64,000 nt of DNA from an uncultured Chloroflexia bacterium (GCA_963797095.1 CAWCNY010000001.1:1-64000), one strand, 5' to 3'; positions 9,653 through 20,116 are shown, counted from the stretch's first letter. The notes: generated from the sequence alone by a model not told the origin. Numbers and translations are program-made.

Positions 9653-12133
9653 TTGGCAAGGAAGGTAAGGGCATTGACAGCAAGAGTAACACAGAACCGC
9701 CCCGGAAAGCCGTCCGCACGGAGGCGGCTTCCCCACATCATCTATGTGCTACTGGCAGCTACAGCGACGCTCGTGCTGCTGGCAGGAGTGGGCCAATCGC
9801 AGGCCAGCGGTGGCGAACAGACGCCGGCGCAATTGCCTCTGTGGGGCACCGATATCAAAGTAAACCCCACCCCCGTTGGCACCCCTTACCGCCCCATGCA
9901 AAGGAATTACTCGCTGGCGGTCAATCCCACCAACCCCGACAACATCATCGCGGGCTGGGAGAGCTTCGAAAACGACCCAAGCTACTCGGCATACGCGTGG
10001 AGCACAGATAGGGGCGTTTCCTGGTCGGCGGGCCGGTTTGAGGGTCCGTGGGAGCCGGGTGATATGGTGCCCCTCGGCTCTGTAACGGTCGGATTCGATG
10101 GGCACGGCACCGGGTACGCCGCCAGCTTCGCCCAGGGCAGCAATCTGGTCGGCCATTTCGTGCTGACCACCACCAATGGCAGCACATGGGGCACTCCGGT
10201 GCCGGTAGTCATCCACGACTTCAACAACTACTACTCCGAGAGCAATATGGCGGTGGACCCGCGCGTAAGTGGCCCCTACGCGGGAAGCCTGTACATGTTC
10301 TGGCTCTATACCGACATACATTACCCTAACTACTGGGAGGGGGTGCGCGCCCGCTATTCCCGTGATGGCGGGCTGACCTGGAGCGACGATGTGCAGGTCA
10401 CCGACCCCACCAACGATGACGTCTATTACCCCTTCGGCGTTGTGGCCTCCGACGGCACCGTGTATGTTGCTTTCGAGGAGCTTGATAACTTCACCATAAG
10501 CAATGCACCCAGGCTTTATCTCGCCCGCAGCACCGATGGCGGCCAGACCTGGGGTACAAACCGGTTGATAGGTGATGGGCCCATCGTGAAGATCGGCAGG
10601 CCCGATTTCAAGAACTTCGAGCTTACCCTGCAGGGCGACTCCGAGTGCAACCTGTTGCGCATCAACCACTTCCCCTACATCGCAGTGTCACCGACCGACC
10701 CCCAGTCTGTGTATGCTGTGTGGAACGACGGGCGCTGGGAGACAGAGTCGGAAATTTGCGGGACTTCTGCCCATCATAGCGACATAGCTTTCAGCCGTAC
10801 CACCGACGGTGGTGCCACCTGGAGCACTCCTATTCGCGTCAATGACGATGCGTTGAGCAACGGCGTGGACCAGTTCCAGCCTAATGTCTCGGTCAAGCCC
10901 GATGGGGTGGTGGGGGTGACCTGGCTCGATAGGCGCTACGATCCCGACCATCTCCTCTACGATGCACAGTACAGCCAGTCGACCGACGGCGGGCTGACCT
11001 GGAGCGCCAACCAGCGCGTTAGCGATACTTCCAGCGATCCCGATCAGGTGCAAGACCTGAAAGGTATAGATAGTGTGGGCTATCGCAGGGGCCTCGTTTA
11101 CGGCCCCGACTATGTGCTCCCGAGCTGGGAAAATGCCCTCCCCAACCCCACGCCTTTCTCCATGCCGGGCAACTTCTTTGTAGATCGCGGTCTGTTCGAC
11201 ACAGTCACTCCCACCCCGATTTCCACGTCCACATCCACCGGCACCCCTATCTCAACATCGGCAGCTTCGCCCACCGGCACCCCCACCGGCACCCCCACCG
11301 GCACCCAACCCGCCTCCACACCCACTTCCAGCCCGACGTTCACACTTACACCTGCACCTATCTCCACTGCCACCTCCACCACCATACCCACCTCTAGCAC
11401 TGTACCTACCTCCACCACCGCACCCACCTCTAGCCCCACTAGCACTGTACCTACCTCCACCACCGCACCCACCTCTAGCCCCACGCCATGCGCGATCGAG
11501 TTCAACGATGTGCCACCGGGCAGCACTTTTTACTCATTCGTGCGCTGCCTGGCCTGCCAGGGGGTCGTGTCCGGGTACGATTGCGGCGGGCCGGGCGAGC
11601 CATGCCCAGGTTCGTACTACCGGCCCTCCAGTAATGTCACCAGGGGGCAGGCTGCCAAAATAGTATCCAACTCGGCCAATTACCAGGACACGATCCCGCC
11701 CGACCGCCAGAGCTTCAACGACGTGCCCCCCGGCTCGACCTTCTGGCTCTACGTCGAGCGAGCCTATTTGCACGGGGCCATTCATGGGTATCCCTGCGGC
11801 GGCCCCGGCGAGCCGTGTCCCGGCGCGTACTTCCGCCCGGCCAGCAACCTGACACGCGGTCAAATGGCCCAGATCGACGCCACCATCGCGGGTTACCAGG
11901 ACACGATCCCGCCCGACCGCCAGAGCTTCAACGACGTGCCTCCCGGCTCGACCTTCTGGCTCTACGTCGAGCGAGCCTATTTGCACGGTGTGATCGATGG
12001 CTATCCGTGCGGAGGGGTGGGCGAGCCGTGCCCAGGCTCATACTACCGGCCTGCCAACAACGTGACCAGAGGCCAGATAGCCAAGATAGTGTCGATTACT
12101 TTCTTTCCCGCCTGCGAGTTTGCTGAGAGATGA
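9653..12133 (+). CDS. Secreted BNR/Asp-box (sialidase-like) protein with Thr/Pro linker and three C-terminal SLH-like repeats
   Basis: Repeated SxDGGxTW boxes; TP-rich linker; FNDVPPGSTF..GYxCGGPGEPC..NVTRGQ repeats. Confidence 0.85.
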   Translation: MARKVRALTARVTQNRPGKPSARRRLPHIIYVLLAATATLVLLAGVGQSQASGGEQTPAQLPLWGTDIKVNPTPVGTPYRPMQRNYSLAVNPTNPDNIIAGWESFENDPSYSAYAWSTDRGVSWSAGRFEGPWEPGDMVPLGSVTVGFDGHGTGYAASFAQGSNLVGHFVLTTTNGSTWGTPVPVVIHDFNNYYSESNMAVDPRVSGPYAGSLYMFWLYTDIHYPNYWEGVRARYSRDGGLTWSDDVQVTDPTNDDVYYPFGVVASDGTVYVAFEELDNFTISNAPRLYLARSTDGGQTWGTNRLIGDGPIVKIGRPDFKNFELTLQGDSECNLLRINHFPYIAVSPTDPQSVYAVWNDGRWETESEICGTSAHHSDIAFSRTTDGGATWSTPIRVNDDALSNGVDQFQPNVSVKPDGVVGVTWLDRRYDPDHLLYDAQYSQSTDGGLTWSANQRVSDTSSDPDQVQDLKGIDSVGYRRGLVYGPDYVLPSWENALPNPTPFSMPGNFFVDRGLFDTVTPTPISTSTSTGTPISTSAASPTGTPTGTPTGTQPASTPTSSPTFTLTPAPISTATSTTIPTSSTVPTSTTAPTSSPTSTVPTSTTAPTSSPTPCAIEFNDVPPGSTFYSFVRCLACQGVVSGYDCGGPGEPCPGSYYRPSSNVTRGQAAKIVSNSANYQDTIPPDRQSFNDVPPGSTFWLYVERAYLHGAIHGYPCGGPGEPCPGAYFRPASNLTRGQMAQIDATIAGYQDTIPPDRQSFNDVPPGSTFWLYVERAYLHGVIDGYPCGGVGEPCPGSYYRPANNVTRGQIAKIVSITFFPACEFAER

Positions 12134-13455
12134 GCGAATTGACGGAACTCTCCGCTACGCGCCTGGTCGAGATGATCAGAGCGCGGAGGGTGTCCGCCTC
12201 GGAGGTGCTGGAAGCTTCCTTATCGCAAGTGGCAGCGGAGAACCCGCGTATCAACGCGGTAGTTACCCTTGACGAAGCGGGAGCAAGGACGCGCGCGCAA
12301 GCCGCTGACGATGCGCTCAGACGTGGCGAACTGTGGGGCCCGCTTCATGGCCTCCCCATGACCCTCAAAGACGGTCATTCGACCGCCGGGATGCGTACCA
12401 CTTCGGGATATGAGCCGTTGAAAGATTACGTGCCCGCCGAGGATGGCACCGTCTCTGCGCGCCTCAAGGCGGCCGGGGCGATCATATTCGGCAAGACCAA
12501 TGTTTCGCCTCTCCTTGGCAACATCCAAGCCGACAATCCCATCTTTGGCCGCACCAACAACCCCTGGAGCGTCGAGCGCACGTCCGGTGGGTCGAGCGGC
12601 GGCGCGGCTGCTGCCCTGGCTACCGGCATGACCCCTCTAGAAGTGGGCAGCGACCTGGCAGGCTCCATCCGGATCCCGGCGGCCTTCTGCGGCGTGTACG
12701 GCCTCAAGACCACCGAGCACCGCGTATCAATGTGGGGACATATCCCAGACCTACCAGGACAGGCGCACAGGACGCGCATACTCTGGTCGATTGGGCCGCT
12801 GGCTCGCACCGTCGAAGACCTCGCTCTTTGCTACAGGGTGATCGCCGGGCCGGACGGCCATGATCCTGACGTGCCTCCGGTTCCCATAGGCGACATAGCC
12901 CCCACGCAGCTACAGGATCTGAAAATAGCCTGGGCAGGCACGTTCCCAGGCGTGCCCGTAGAACCCTCTATAAGAGACGCCATCGAGGGCTTGGCGGTGA
13001 AGCTGGAGCAGGCGGGCGCAAGAGTGGCCGAGGCGCTACCGCAGGTCGACTTTAAAGAACTTGCTCAGAATAGGTTTGTGCTATCCCGGTCGGTCATGGA
13101 CGATGAATTGCCAGCCATGCAAGAATACATAGATGCTCTCGATGCCAGGGACCGTATCATCAACCTGTGGGAAGATTTCCTTGGGGAGTGGGATGCCCTG
13201 CTCTGCCCGGTCAGTATGACCACCGCCTTCACCCACCGCCCGGTTGAGGCCCCTGTCGTGGTGGATGGCGAGGAGGTCAATTACTGGCGCGCCATAGGCC
13301 ACTGCGCCCCCTTCAACTTCACGGGGCAACCTGTGGTGGCGATCCCGGTCGGCTGGGACAGTCAGGGATTGCCCATTGGCGTTCAATTGGTCGGCAAGCT
13401 GTGGAGCGAGGAGAAGCTGCTGGGGATCGCCTCTCAAATAGCCGCCGTCCTGTAA
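12130..13455 (+). CDS. Amidase signature family enzyme
   Basis: GLPMTLKD, GGSSGGAAAA, GSDLAGSIRIPA. Confidence 0.93.
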   Translation: MSELTELSATRLVEMIRARRVSASEVLEASLSQVAAENPRINAVVTLDEAGARTRAQAADDALRRGELWGPLHGLPMTLKDGHSTAGMRTTSGYEPLKDYVPAEDGTVSARLKAAGAIIFGKTNVSPLLGNIQADNPIFGRTNNPWSVERTSGGSSGGAAAALATGMTPLEVGSDLAGSIRIPAAFCGVYGLKTTEHRVSMWGHIPDLPGQAHRTRILWSIGPLARTVEDLALCYRVIAGPDGHDPDVPPVPIGDIAPTQLQDLKIAWAGTFPGVPVEPSIRDAIEGLAVKLEQAGARVAEALPQVDFKELAQNRFVLSRSVMDDELPAMQEYIDALDARDRIINLWEDFLGEWDALLCPVSMTTAFTHRPVEAPVVVDGEEVNYWRAIGHCAPFNFTGQPVVAIPVGWDSQGLPIGVQLVGKLWSEEKLLGIASQIAAVL

Positions 13456-13465
13456 CCCGCCACCG

Positions 13466-13585
13466 TCACATTTCCTCTTTAATACCTTTCCTCACCAGGA
13501 ACCAGTTGGCGGGATAGCTGGTCAGGAAGTTGCTAAGTGTTGCTAAGGCAATATAAGCAACAACCGCCAACCAATCGGGTGGCAT
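13466..13585 (-). CDS. 39-aa small ORF, apparently an internally deleted DUF4396-like gene
   Basis: GGAGG RBS then ATG; MPPDWLAVVAYIALATLSNFLTSYPANWFLVRKGIKEEM*; tail resembles the DUF4396 C-terminus. Confidence 0.6.
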   Translation of the reverse strand: MPPDWLAVVAYIALATLSNFLTSYPANWFLVRKGIKEEM

Positions 13586-13783
13586 GCGAACCTCCTCTGC
13601 TCTCTAAAAAACAAAGTGCTTGCTATCTATCGGGTATCAAGAACCGGACCATACCCGCCGATCTAGCTAATTCCTTGACTAGATTCGACTCGCCATACAT
13701 ACTGGAACTCGTTGTCCACACACCTGGCAGTGGCGGTGTATCTGCTTCCCTGTCACAACATACCTTGGAAGGGACGGTTTGCG

Positions 13784-14374
13784 ATGGAGTTTGAACAGGT
13801 AGTGCGTAAGCGTCGGATCGTGCGGCACTTTACGAGCGATCCCGTCGATAGAGAGGTGATCGAGAAGATCCTCGACCTGGCGAGGCACGCCCCCAGCGCC
13901 GGGTTTACGCAGGGGCAGTCGTTCGTGATGGTGACCGAACCTGCCCTCAAAAAGCAAGTGGCCGACCTGTGCGGTGAAGAGTTCTATGTAGCGCGCGGGT
14001 GGGCGCCCTGGATCTCAGAAGCGCCCCTGCTGGTCGTGCCGTGCACCAGCGAGGAAGCCTATCACCGGCGCTACAAAGAATCCGACAAAATACAGGACGA
14101 TGGCACCGAGATCGAATGGCCCATACCCTACTGGTTCATGGATGGCGGGTGCGCCACGATGGTCTTGCTGCTGGCGGTCGTGAACGAGGGCCTGGCGGCG
14201 GGCTTCGCGGGCGCGCACGACCTGAACGCCCTGCGCCAATTGTTGGGCATACCCGACGAGGTTACGCCGCTGGGCGTAATCCCCATCGGGCATGGAGCGC
14301 CCGACCAGCCGTCGCCTTCCTTGAAGAGAGGGAGAAAAGCGCAAGGCGAGTGGACGCATTGGGAGCGGTGGTGA
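13784..14374 (+). CDS. Nitroreductase family protein
   Basis: RKRRIVRHF, APSAGFTQ, MDGGCA..LLLA, GVIPIGH. Confidence 0.9.
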   Translation: MEFEQVVRKRRIVRHFTSDPVDREVIEKILDLARHAPSAGFTQGQSFVMVTEPALKKQVADLCGEEFYVARGWAPWISEAPLLVVPCTSEEAYHRRYKESDKIQDDGTEIEWPIPYWFMDGGCATMVLLLAVVNEGLAAGFAGAHDLNALRQLLGIPDEVTPLGVIPIGHGAPDQPSPSLKRGRKAQGEWTHWERW

Positions 14375-14408
14375 CCCGGAAGTAAGTAACCCGCCTGAGT
14401 GCGCCCCT

Positions 14409-15188
14409 TTAGCTGGGGCTAGCCGAGGACTGATCGTAGGTTTCAGGATTCGTGGCGATGTGTCCCGTACCCGTGCCGGTGCCTGTGGTTGTGTCGGTGA
14501 AGTTGGGCTTCTCCTGCTGGGTGGCCTGGATGCTCTCCTCGGAGGTTTTGGTCTCCGCTTGCTCGCTCCGCCCGGCCCCGGCTATCGGGATGCGCTTGCG
14601 TGGTGGGTTCAGTGCGCGTGCCGCCCCCGGTATCGTAACCTGTAGCACTCCGTTGTTGAGGGTGGCTTGCGCGTCCTCTGCCTTGACCCCTGGAGGCAGC
14701 GGTATGCTCCGGTAAAAAGAGCCGTAGCTGCGCTCGGTATACCAGTAGCCCTGTTCCTTGTCGCCTTGCTGGGTCTCGTTGCGCTGCTCGCCGCGCACTA
14801 TCAATTGGTTGTCGGCGGTCTCGATCTCCACATCCTCAGGCTTGAGGCCGGGCAGATCGATGCACACCATCAGATCATCCCCTCTGGTGCTGATATCGAC
14901 CGAGGGCGACCAAGCAGAGCCGGTGGCGGTTCGCGATGAAGTGCGGTCCTGCGTACCGGACCCGGTTGGACGCGTCCAGTTTGGCCCGCGACGGCGACCG
15001 CCGAAGCCAAGGGACGAGAAGATACGGTCCACATCATCAGAGAAGCGCTTCATCAGGTCCCAGGGCGATGTGGTCCACCCATAGCCATCAGGTTGTGCGT
15101 TGCGCCCTTCGTCGCTGCCGGCGGTCTGCCCGCTGGCTTCGTTGTTCTCCGGTGTGTTTGTTGGTTGTTGATTGTTGTTGTCGTTCAT
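14409..15188 (-). CDS. Hsp20/alpha-crystallin small heat-shock protein with long disordered termini
   Basis: WSPSVDI, DLPGL, ERSYGSFYRSIPLP, NNGVLQVTIP; AGGAGG RBS before ATG 15188. Confidence 0.92.
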   Translation of the reverse strand: MNDNNNQQPTNTPENNEASGQTAGSDEGRNAQPDGYGWTTSPWDLMKRFSDDVDRIFSSLGFGGRRRGPNWTRPTGSGTQDRTSSRTATGSAWSPSVDISTRGDDLMVCIDLPGLKPEDVEIETADNQLIVRGEQRNETQQGDKEQGYWYTERSYGSFYRSIPLPPGVKAEDAQATLNNGVLQVTIPGAARALNPPRKRIPIAGAGRSEQAETKTSEESIQATQQEKPNFTDTTTGTGTGTGHIATNPETYDQSSASPS

Positions 15189-15251
15189 TACGATCCTCCT
15201 GCTAGCGGTCGCCGTTTCTGATGACAAGGAGGCGGGTGCTTCGCTCTACGC

Positions 15252-15467
15252 TTATTGGCAGGTGCACCCCGTGCCGGTTGCACAGCCCTGGCAGCAATAG
15301 ACTTTGTCACCCATCTGGAAACCCTCGCCTGCGTTGCCGCGCCACTCGTCCTTGGGCATGCCACAATTGGGGCAAACTCGCACCTGATTGGGGTCTGTAG
15401 TAATGGCCGCCGCGTCGCCGGGCATGTTCACGGGCATGTTCACATTGATACTGGTTTGTTCGTTCAT
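15252..15467 (-). CDS. Small Cys-rich metallothionein-like protein
   Basis: CPNC...YCCQGCATGTGCTC (7 Cys); strong RBS; directly upstream of Hsp20. Confidence 0.65.
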   Translation of the reverse strand: MNEQTSINVNMPVNMPGDAAAITTDPNQVRVCPNCGMPKDEWRGNAGEGFQMGDKVYCCQGCATGTGCTCQ

Positions 15468-15814
15468 TGCAATCCCTCCTGTGCGGCTGTTGTCGCCGCA
15501 TTACCGGCATAGTTCTAGCAAATCGCGTACCACCACATTCATTGAGATACGCATCTTCTCAAACCTACAACCTGTCTCTAAGAAGACAAAAATGGCGATG
15601 TGACTTTGCACGTTGTGTAGGCATCGCGATAGCAAGGCGGATGCAAAGTCGGTATTGAGCACACCAAGATTGGGTGTGTCATTCTGAACGAAGTGAAGAA
15701 TGACGAGGCGTAGATGGGCGGCGCTTCCTTCGGCTTTATCTGACTTTGCATCTGCTCTGATCGCAATAGTGCGTACCTGTGCTTCCTTCACGCTAATTGT
15801 CTAGAATAGTGAGT

Positions 15815-16603
15815 ATGCAAGATATTCCGCGTGAGATGTCGCTAACAAACGAAAAAGGCCCGTTTGATATCATCGGAGATGTGCACGGATGCTATGAGGA
15901 GCTTTGCGACCTTCTAATTAGCCTCGGATGGGCTTCGATCCCCGCGCCTAACGATGGCGCACTCCTTGCTGCCTACCGGCATCCCGAAGGCCGCAAGGCC
16001 GTATTCCTGGGCGACCTTGTTGATAGGGGACCGGGCGTAACAAAAGCTTTAGGCCTCGTGATGCAGATGGTATCCGCAGGAGATGCGATCTGCTTGTTGG
16101 GCAACCACGACTTCAAGCTACTCCGAAAGCTGGTGGGCAGGAATGTGCGGGTGGCGCACGGCCTCGCCGAAACATTGGAGCAGTTGGCCCGCGAGCCTGC
16201 GGGCTTCGTAGATCGAGTGCGCGATTTCCTGTCCGGTCTGGTAACCTATCATGTGCTGGACGAAGGAAGGTTGGTAGTGGCGCACGCAGGCATCAAAGAG
16301 AGTATGATCGGGGAGACCGGCGGCAAGGTGCTGTCGTTCACCATGTACGGCGACACCACCGGCGAGATGGACGAGCTCGGCCTGCCCGTCCGCCTCGATT
16401 GGGCGTCTGAATACCACGGGCAGGCTATGGTAGTATACGGTCACACGCCTGTGCGCGAGCCTCGATGGCTCAACAACACGATCAACATCGATACAGGATG
16501 CGTCTTCGGAGGAAGCCTCACCGCGCTCCGGTACCCTGAGCTGGAACTTCTGTCGGTGCCGGCGCGCAAGTTCTATTACGAAAGAGCAGGAGGCATACGG
16601 TAA
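15815..16603 (+). CDS. Metallophosphoesterase (PrpE / Pnkp phosphatase-domain-like)
   Basis: IGDVHGC, GDLVDRGP, GNHD, AHAG, YGHTP, IDTGCVFGG. Confidence 0.9.
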   Translation: MQDIPREMSLTNEKGPFDIIGDVHGCYEELCDLLISLGWASIPAPNDGALLAAYRHPEGRKAVFLGDLVDRGPGVTKALGLVMQMVSAGDAICLLGNHDFKLLRKLVGRNVRVAHGLAETLEQLAREPAGFVDRVRDFLSGLVTYHVLDEGRLVVAHAGIKESMIGETGGKVLSFTMYGDTTGEMDELGLPVRLDWASEYHGQAMVVYGHTPVREPRWLNNTINIDTGCVFGGSLTALRYPELELLSVPARKFYYERAGGIR

Positions 16604-16647
16604 GCTGACAAACTTGCCTTCAGTCTATAGCATGGAAAGGAGTCGAA

Positions 16648-18030
16648 ATGCCACGCAAAGCGGCGAAGCGATTGTTGATCGTAAGCTCAGACAATAGCAA
16701 CGGAGATGTTGACGGGCCGCCGCAGTTGAAAAACGCGGCCAGCGGCCCCCTCGGAGCCGTACGTGCCATGCAGGAAGGTGGCACATGGCCCCAGGGCCTG
16801 GAACTGGTGATTGTCTCCGACTGCTATGGTATTGTAGAGCCTCTCGACGAAGACCTGGAGCCTCTCCTCGTGCCCTTTTCTCGCCAGCAGAACCCCGGCT
16901 GGTGGGCCGATTTCATCTCCCATAATCTCGGCAAACTGGTGGAAAAAGGGGGCTACAATTCGGCGCTGGTGCTGCCCAACCCGGAGCACGAGCACGCAAT
17001 CCGCCATTGTAGCCAATTGCAGGAGATCAACACCGTCTGGGGCAATACCGGAGTGGCCGGGCTTGCCGGTGCGGAACTGCTAAGGGCCTGGCTCAGCGGC
17101 AAAGCCCGCTCCAACCGCCGCACAAAACCCGAATTACCTCCAACAGAGCAGATTGTGGCTACCGGCATCGAAACTCCTGATACTGTTCATATATCACGTA
17201 TCACGTATCACGAACCCCTCCCACTCCGCCCATCCCACGCCGCACTGGTAGAGGAGTCGGTCTATTCGGAGAGGTTCATGCTCGTAGTGGGCAAGGTGGA
17301 TCGCCAGGAAGCGCAAAACATTCAGTACGCGATAAAGCGGGAGTGGGCGCAGAGGCGCTCCAAGGGCCGTGGCCGTATGTCGGTCAGCAACGTGGTCGTG
17401 AAGGGGGCGCGCCTCCCCTGGGCGTACAGACCCGCCGCTACCCTTGGCGGTCGCTTGCTTGAGAGCATCGGCATGCCAGCCCTGCTTGGCAGCCTTAACA
17501 AAGCCGTGGCCCAGCTTGCCATCACCGAGCCTGGACGCTACAGGGATATACTGGCCCGCATACCGGAGGACGAGAGCGAGTTCATGATCGATCTGCTCCA
17601 CCTGCTATGGGAGGCAAGCTCGCGCATGGACAAAGACGAGATAGCCCTTTTGCGCGCCTACCTCTCCGATGGCTGCACTCCCGGCGAGCTAAGGCGGCTC
17701 GGCCTCCCGCGCAATCTGGCCCTGGAGGATAAATATGAAGTCATGCGAGCCGTCGTCAAGAGCTTCATCGGCCTCGCCCCTGATGGCGTCCTCTCCGACT
17801 ACAGAAGGGTCTGGCTCTGGTTCGACGAGATCGAGAACCTCCTGGGCTATGAGGAGAAAGAGCGCTGGGAGACCGTCAAGGCCCTCGAAACCCTTTTCGG
17901 AGATAGGCCCTTATGCCTCACTGTCTGGCTGAATATCTCTCCCACCAAAGAGACGGCCTCAGAGGATATCCAGAAGATTCTTGAAAACGCGCTCGTCTTT
18001 ACTGACGACCTGACCGGCGAGCATAAATAG
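16648..18030 (+). CDS. Hypothetical protein, 460 aa
   Basis: AAGGAG RBS, long ORF with typical codon usage; C-terminal Walker-B-like LWFDEIENL. Confidence 0.75.
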   Translation: MPRKAAKRLLIVSSDNSNGDVDGPPQLKNAASGPLGAVRAMQEGGTWPQGLELVIVSDCYGIVEPLDEDLEPLLVPFSRQQNPGWWADFISHNLGKLVEKGGYNSALVLPNPEHEHAIRHCSQLQEINTVWGNTGVAGLAGAELLRAWLSGKARSNRRTKPELPPTEQIVATGIETPDTVHISRITYHEPLPLRPSHAALVEESVYSERFMLVVGKVDRQEAQNIQYAIKREWAQRRSKGRGRMSVSNVVVKGARLPWAYRPAATLGGRLLESIGMPALLGSLNKAVAQLAITEPGRYRDILARIPEDESEFMIDLLHLLWEASSRMDKDEIALLRAYLSDGCTPGELRRLGLPRNLALEDKYEVMRAVVKSFIGLAPDGVLSDYRRVWLWFDEIENLLGYEEKERWETVKALETLFGDRPLCLTVWLNISPTKETASEDIQKILENALVFTDDLTGEHK

Positions 18031-18043
18031 GTCTTAAGACGGG

Positions 18044-18072
18044 TTGACTTGCCCTAATCGGGCTGGTATACT
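18044..18072 (+). promoter_or_regulatory. Sigma70-type promoter
   Basis: TTGACT-17 bp-TATACT. Confidence 0.75.
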
Positions 18073-18115
18073 TGGCGCAGATTACTTCATCTAGCTACTG
18101 GAGAGCAAGATCCCA

Positions 18116-18193
18116 ATGCAAAGCTGGCAAACCCACAGCACAACAGGCATCGCCTTCGTTGTACAAGGGGGGAGTCTGCCCGTTTTCCGTTGA
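18116..18193 (+). CDS. Candidate 25-aa leader peptide upstream of the ABC exporter pair
   Basis: GGAG RBS; MQSWQTHSTTGIAFVVQGGSLPVFR*; followed by a GC-rich hairpin. Confidence 0.45.
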   Translation: MQSWQTHSTTGIAFVVQGGSLPVFR

Positions 18194-18370
18194 GTAGCTA
18201 GGTTTTCCAACGCTTTTCGTGGCCGGGGGCGCTCCTCTCTAGAGTGGCCCGCGGCTTTGTGCGTCTTAAATACGGCGCTCAGGGCCTACGTTTTGAGATG
18301 CCTGCCATAGTTGTGTGCTTCAAATATGATGCTGCACACGGCTCGATAGACAATCAGTAAAGAGGTATCA

Positions 18371-20116
18371 ATGTCCATACCGATAAGACAATACATAGCA
18401 CTGCTGGCGCAGTACCTGAAACCCCAGAGGTTGCGCGTCGCCTTCCTGGCGGTGCTCTTGCTGGTCTGGATCGGCCTGCAATTGCTCAATCCCCAGATCG
18501 TGCGCTACTTCATCGACAGGGCAAGCGAAGGCGCTACCCTCGACACCCTGGCGTGGGCGGCGCTGCTCTATCTGGGCGTCGCCATTGTCACACAGGCCTT
18601 GTCCGTGGCGGCAACCTACGTGGGCGGCAATGTTGGTTGGACCGCCACCAACAGCCTGCGCGTCAACCTGGCCCGCCACTCGCTCAAGCTCGATATGCCC
18701 TTCCACAAAACCCACACACCCGGCGAGATGATTGAGCGGATCGACGGCGATGTGACCGCCCTCACGCAGTTCTTCTCGCAGTTCGTGATCAACATCCTGG
18801 CTAACCTCGTCTTGATGCTTGGCGTGGTGATCGTGCTTGCCTGGGAGGACTGGCGACTGGCTCTTGCCGTTGGCGGGTTCGTCCTACTTACCCTGATCGT
18901 TCTCAACTTCATAAGGAACATGGCCGTCGATGCCATGACCAGGGAGCGCCAGGCCAGCGCCGACCTCTTCGGCTTCATCGAGGAGCGCCTCTCCGGCCTC
19001 AGCGACATCCGGGCCAACGGCGCGGGCGCTCACGCCATGCGCGGGCTGGCGGTGGTGGCACGCGGCCTGTACAAAGCGGGCCGCAAGGCATGGGAACGCG
19101 AGGGGCGCATGTGGGGCGTTATGATCGCCCTCTTTGCTATCGGTATGGTAGCCACCCTGGGCGTTGGCACCGCTCTTTTCGAGGCGGGCCTGCTCACTGT
19201 CGGCACAATGATCATGCTCTACCAGTACACCGAGATGCTCCGCCAGCCTATCGACCGAATCACCGATGAGCTGCGCGAATTGCAAAAGGCCAGCGCCGGC
19301 ATCGGGCGGGTCCAGACCCTTTTCGACACCCAGATCGAGGTGAAGGAGGGCCCAGGTGTGCGCTTCCCCTCCGGCCCCCTCTCCGTCGAGTTCGACCGAG
19401 TAATGTTCGGCTACGGCGAGCAAGAGATGGTGCTCCATAACCTCACCTTCAACCTCGCGCCGGGCCGCGTGCTTGGCCTCCTTGGCCGCACAGGCAGCGG
19501 CAAGACCACCATCACGCGCCTCCTTTTCCGGCTCTACGACCCGGCATCGGGCGTGATCAGACTTGGCGGGCACGACATCCGCGAAGCGAAGCTGGACGAT
19601 CTGCGAAGCAGCATCGGCATGGTAACCCAGGATGTGCAGCTGTTCGCCGCCTCCGTGCGCGAAAACCTCACCCTGTTCGATCCCGACGTGCCCGACGACA
19701 AGGTGCTCGAAGTGCTGCGCGACCTCGGCATGTACGGCTGGTTCCAGGGCCTCCCCAACGGCCTCGACTCGGAGCTTGGCCCTCATGGAAGCGGCCTCTC
19801 TGCGGGCCAGGCGCAGTTGCTCGCCTTTGCACGCGTCTTTCTGAAAGACCCCGGCCTGGTGATCCTCGACGAGGCATCTTCCAGGCTTGACCCCGCCACC
19901 GAGGCCCTCATCGAGCGCGCCGTCGAGCGTCTACTTCGGAACCGCACCGGCATTATCATCGCGCACAGGCTCAACACGGTGCAGCGCGCTGATGAGATCA
20001 TGATCCTCGAAAGTGGCGAGATTATAGAGCATGGCGAGCGCGCCGCGCTGGTCGCCGAGCCCTCCTCTCGCTTCTCTCACCTGCTGCGCACCGGTCTGGA
20101 GGAAGTCCTTGTCTAG
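18371..20116 (+). CDS. ABC exporter half-transporter (TMD+NBD), subunit 1
   Basis: [24 protein letters not shown]. Confidence 0.93.
   Translation: MSIPIRQYIALLAQYLKPQRLRVAFLAVLLLVWIGLQLLNPQIVRYFIDRASEGATLDTLAWAALLYLGVAIVTQALSVAATYVGGNVGWTATNSLRVNLARHSLKLDMPFHKTHTPGEMIERIDGDVTALTQFFSQFVINILANLVLMLGVVIVLAWEDWRLALAVGGFVLLTLIVLNFIRNMAVDAMTRERQASADLFGFIEERLSGLSDIRANGAGAHAMRGLAVVARGLYKAGRKAWEREGRMWGVMIALFAIGMVATLGVGTALFEAGLLTVGTMIMLYQYTEMLRQPIDRITDELRELQKASAGIGRVQTLFDTQIEVKEGPGVRFPSGPLSVEFDRVMFGYGEQEMVLHNLTFNLAPGRVLGLLGRTGSGKTTITRLLFRLYDPASGVIRLGGHDIREAKLDDLRSSIGMVTQDVQLFAASVRENLTLFDPDVPDDKVLEVLRDLGMYGWFQGLPNGLDSELGPHGSGLSAGQAQLLAFARVFLKDPGLVILDEASSRLDPATEALIERAVERLLRNRTGIIIAHRLNTVQRADEIMILESGEIIEHGERAALVAEPSSRFSHLLRTGLEEVLV

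Noticed and set aside
15678-15704. GTCATTCTGAACGAAGTGAAGAATGAC as an ncRNA or terminator
   Set aside because: Looks like a lone half of a common palindromic intergenic repeat; no further support
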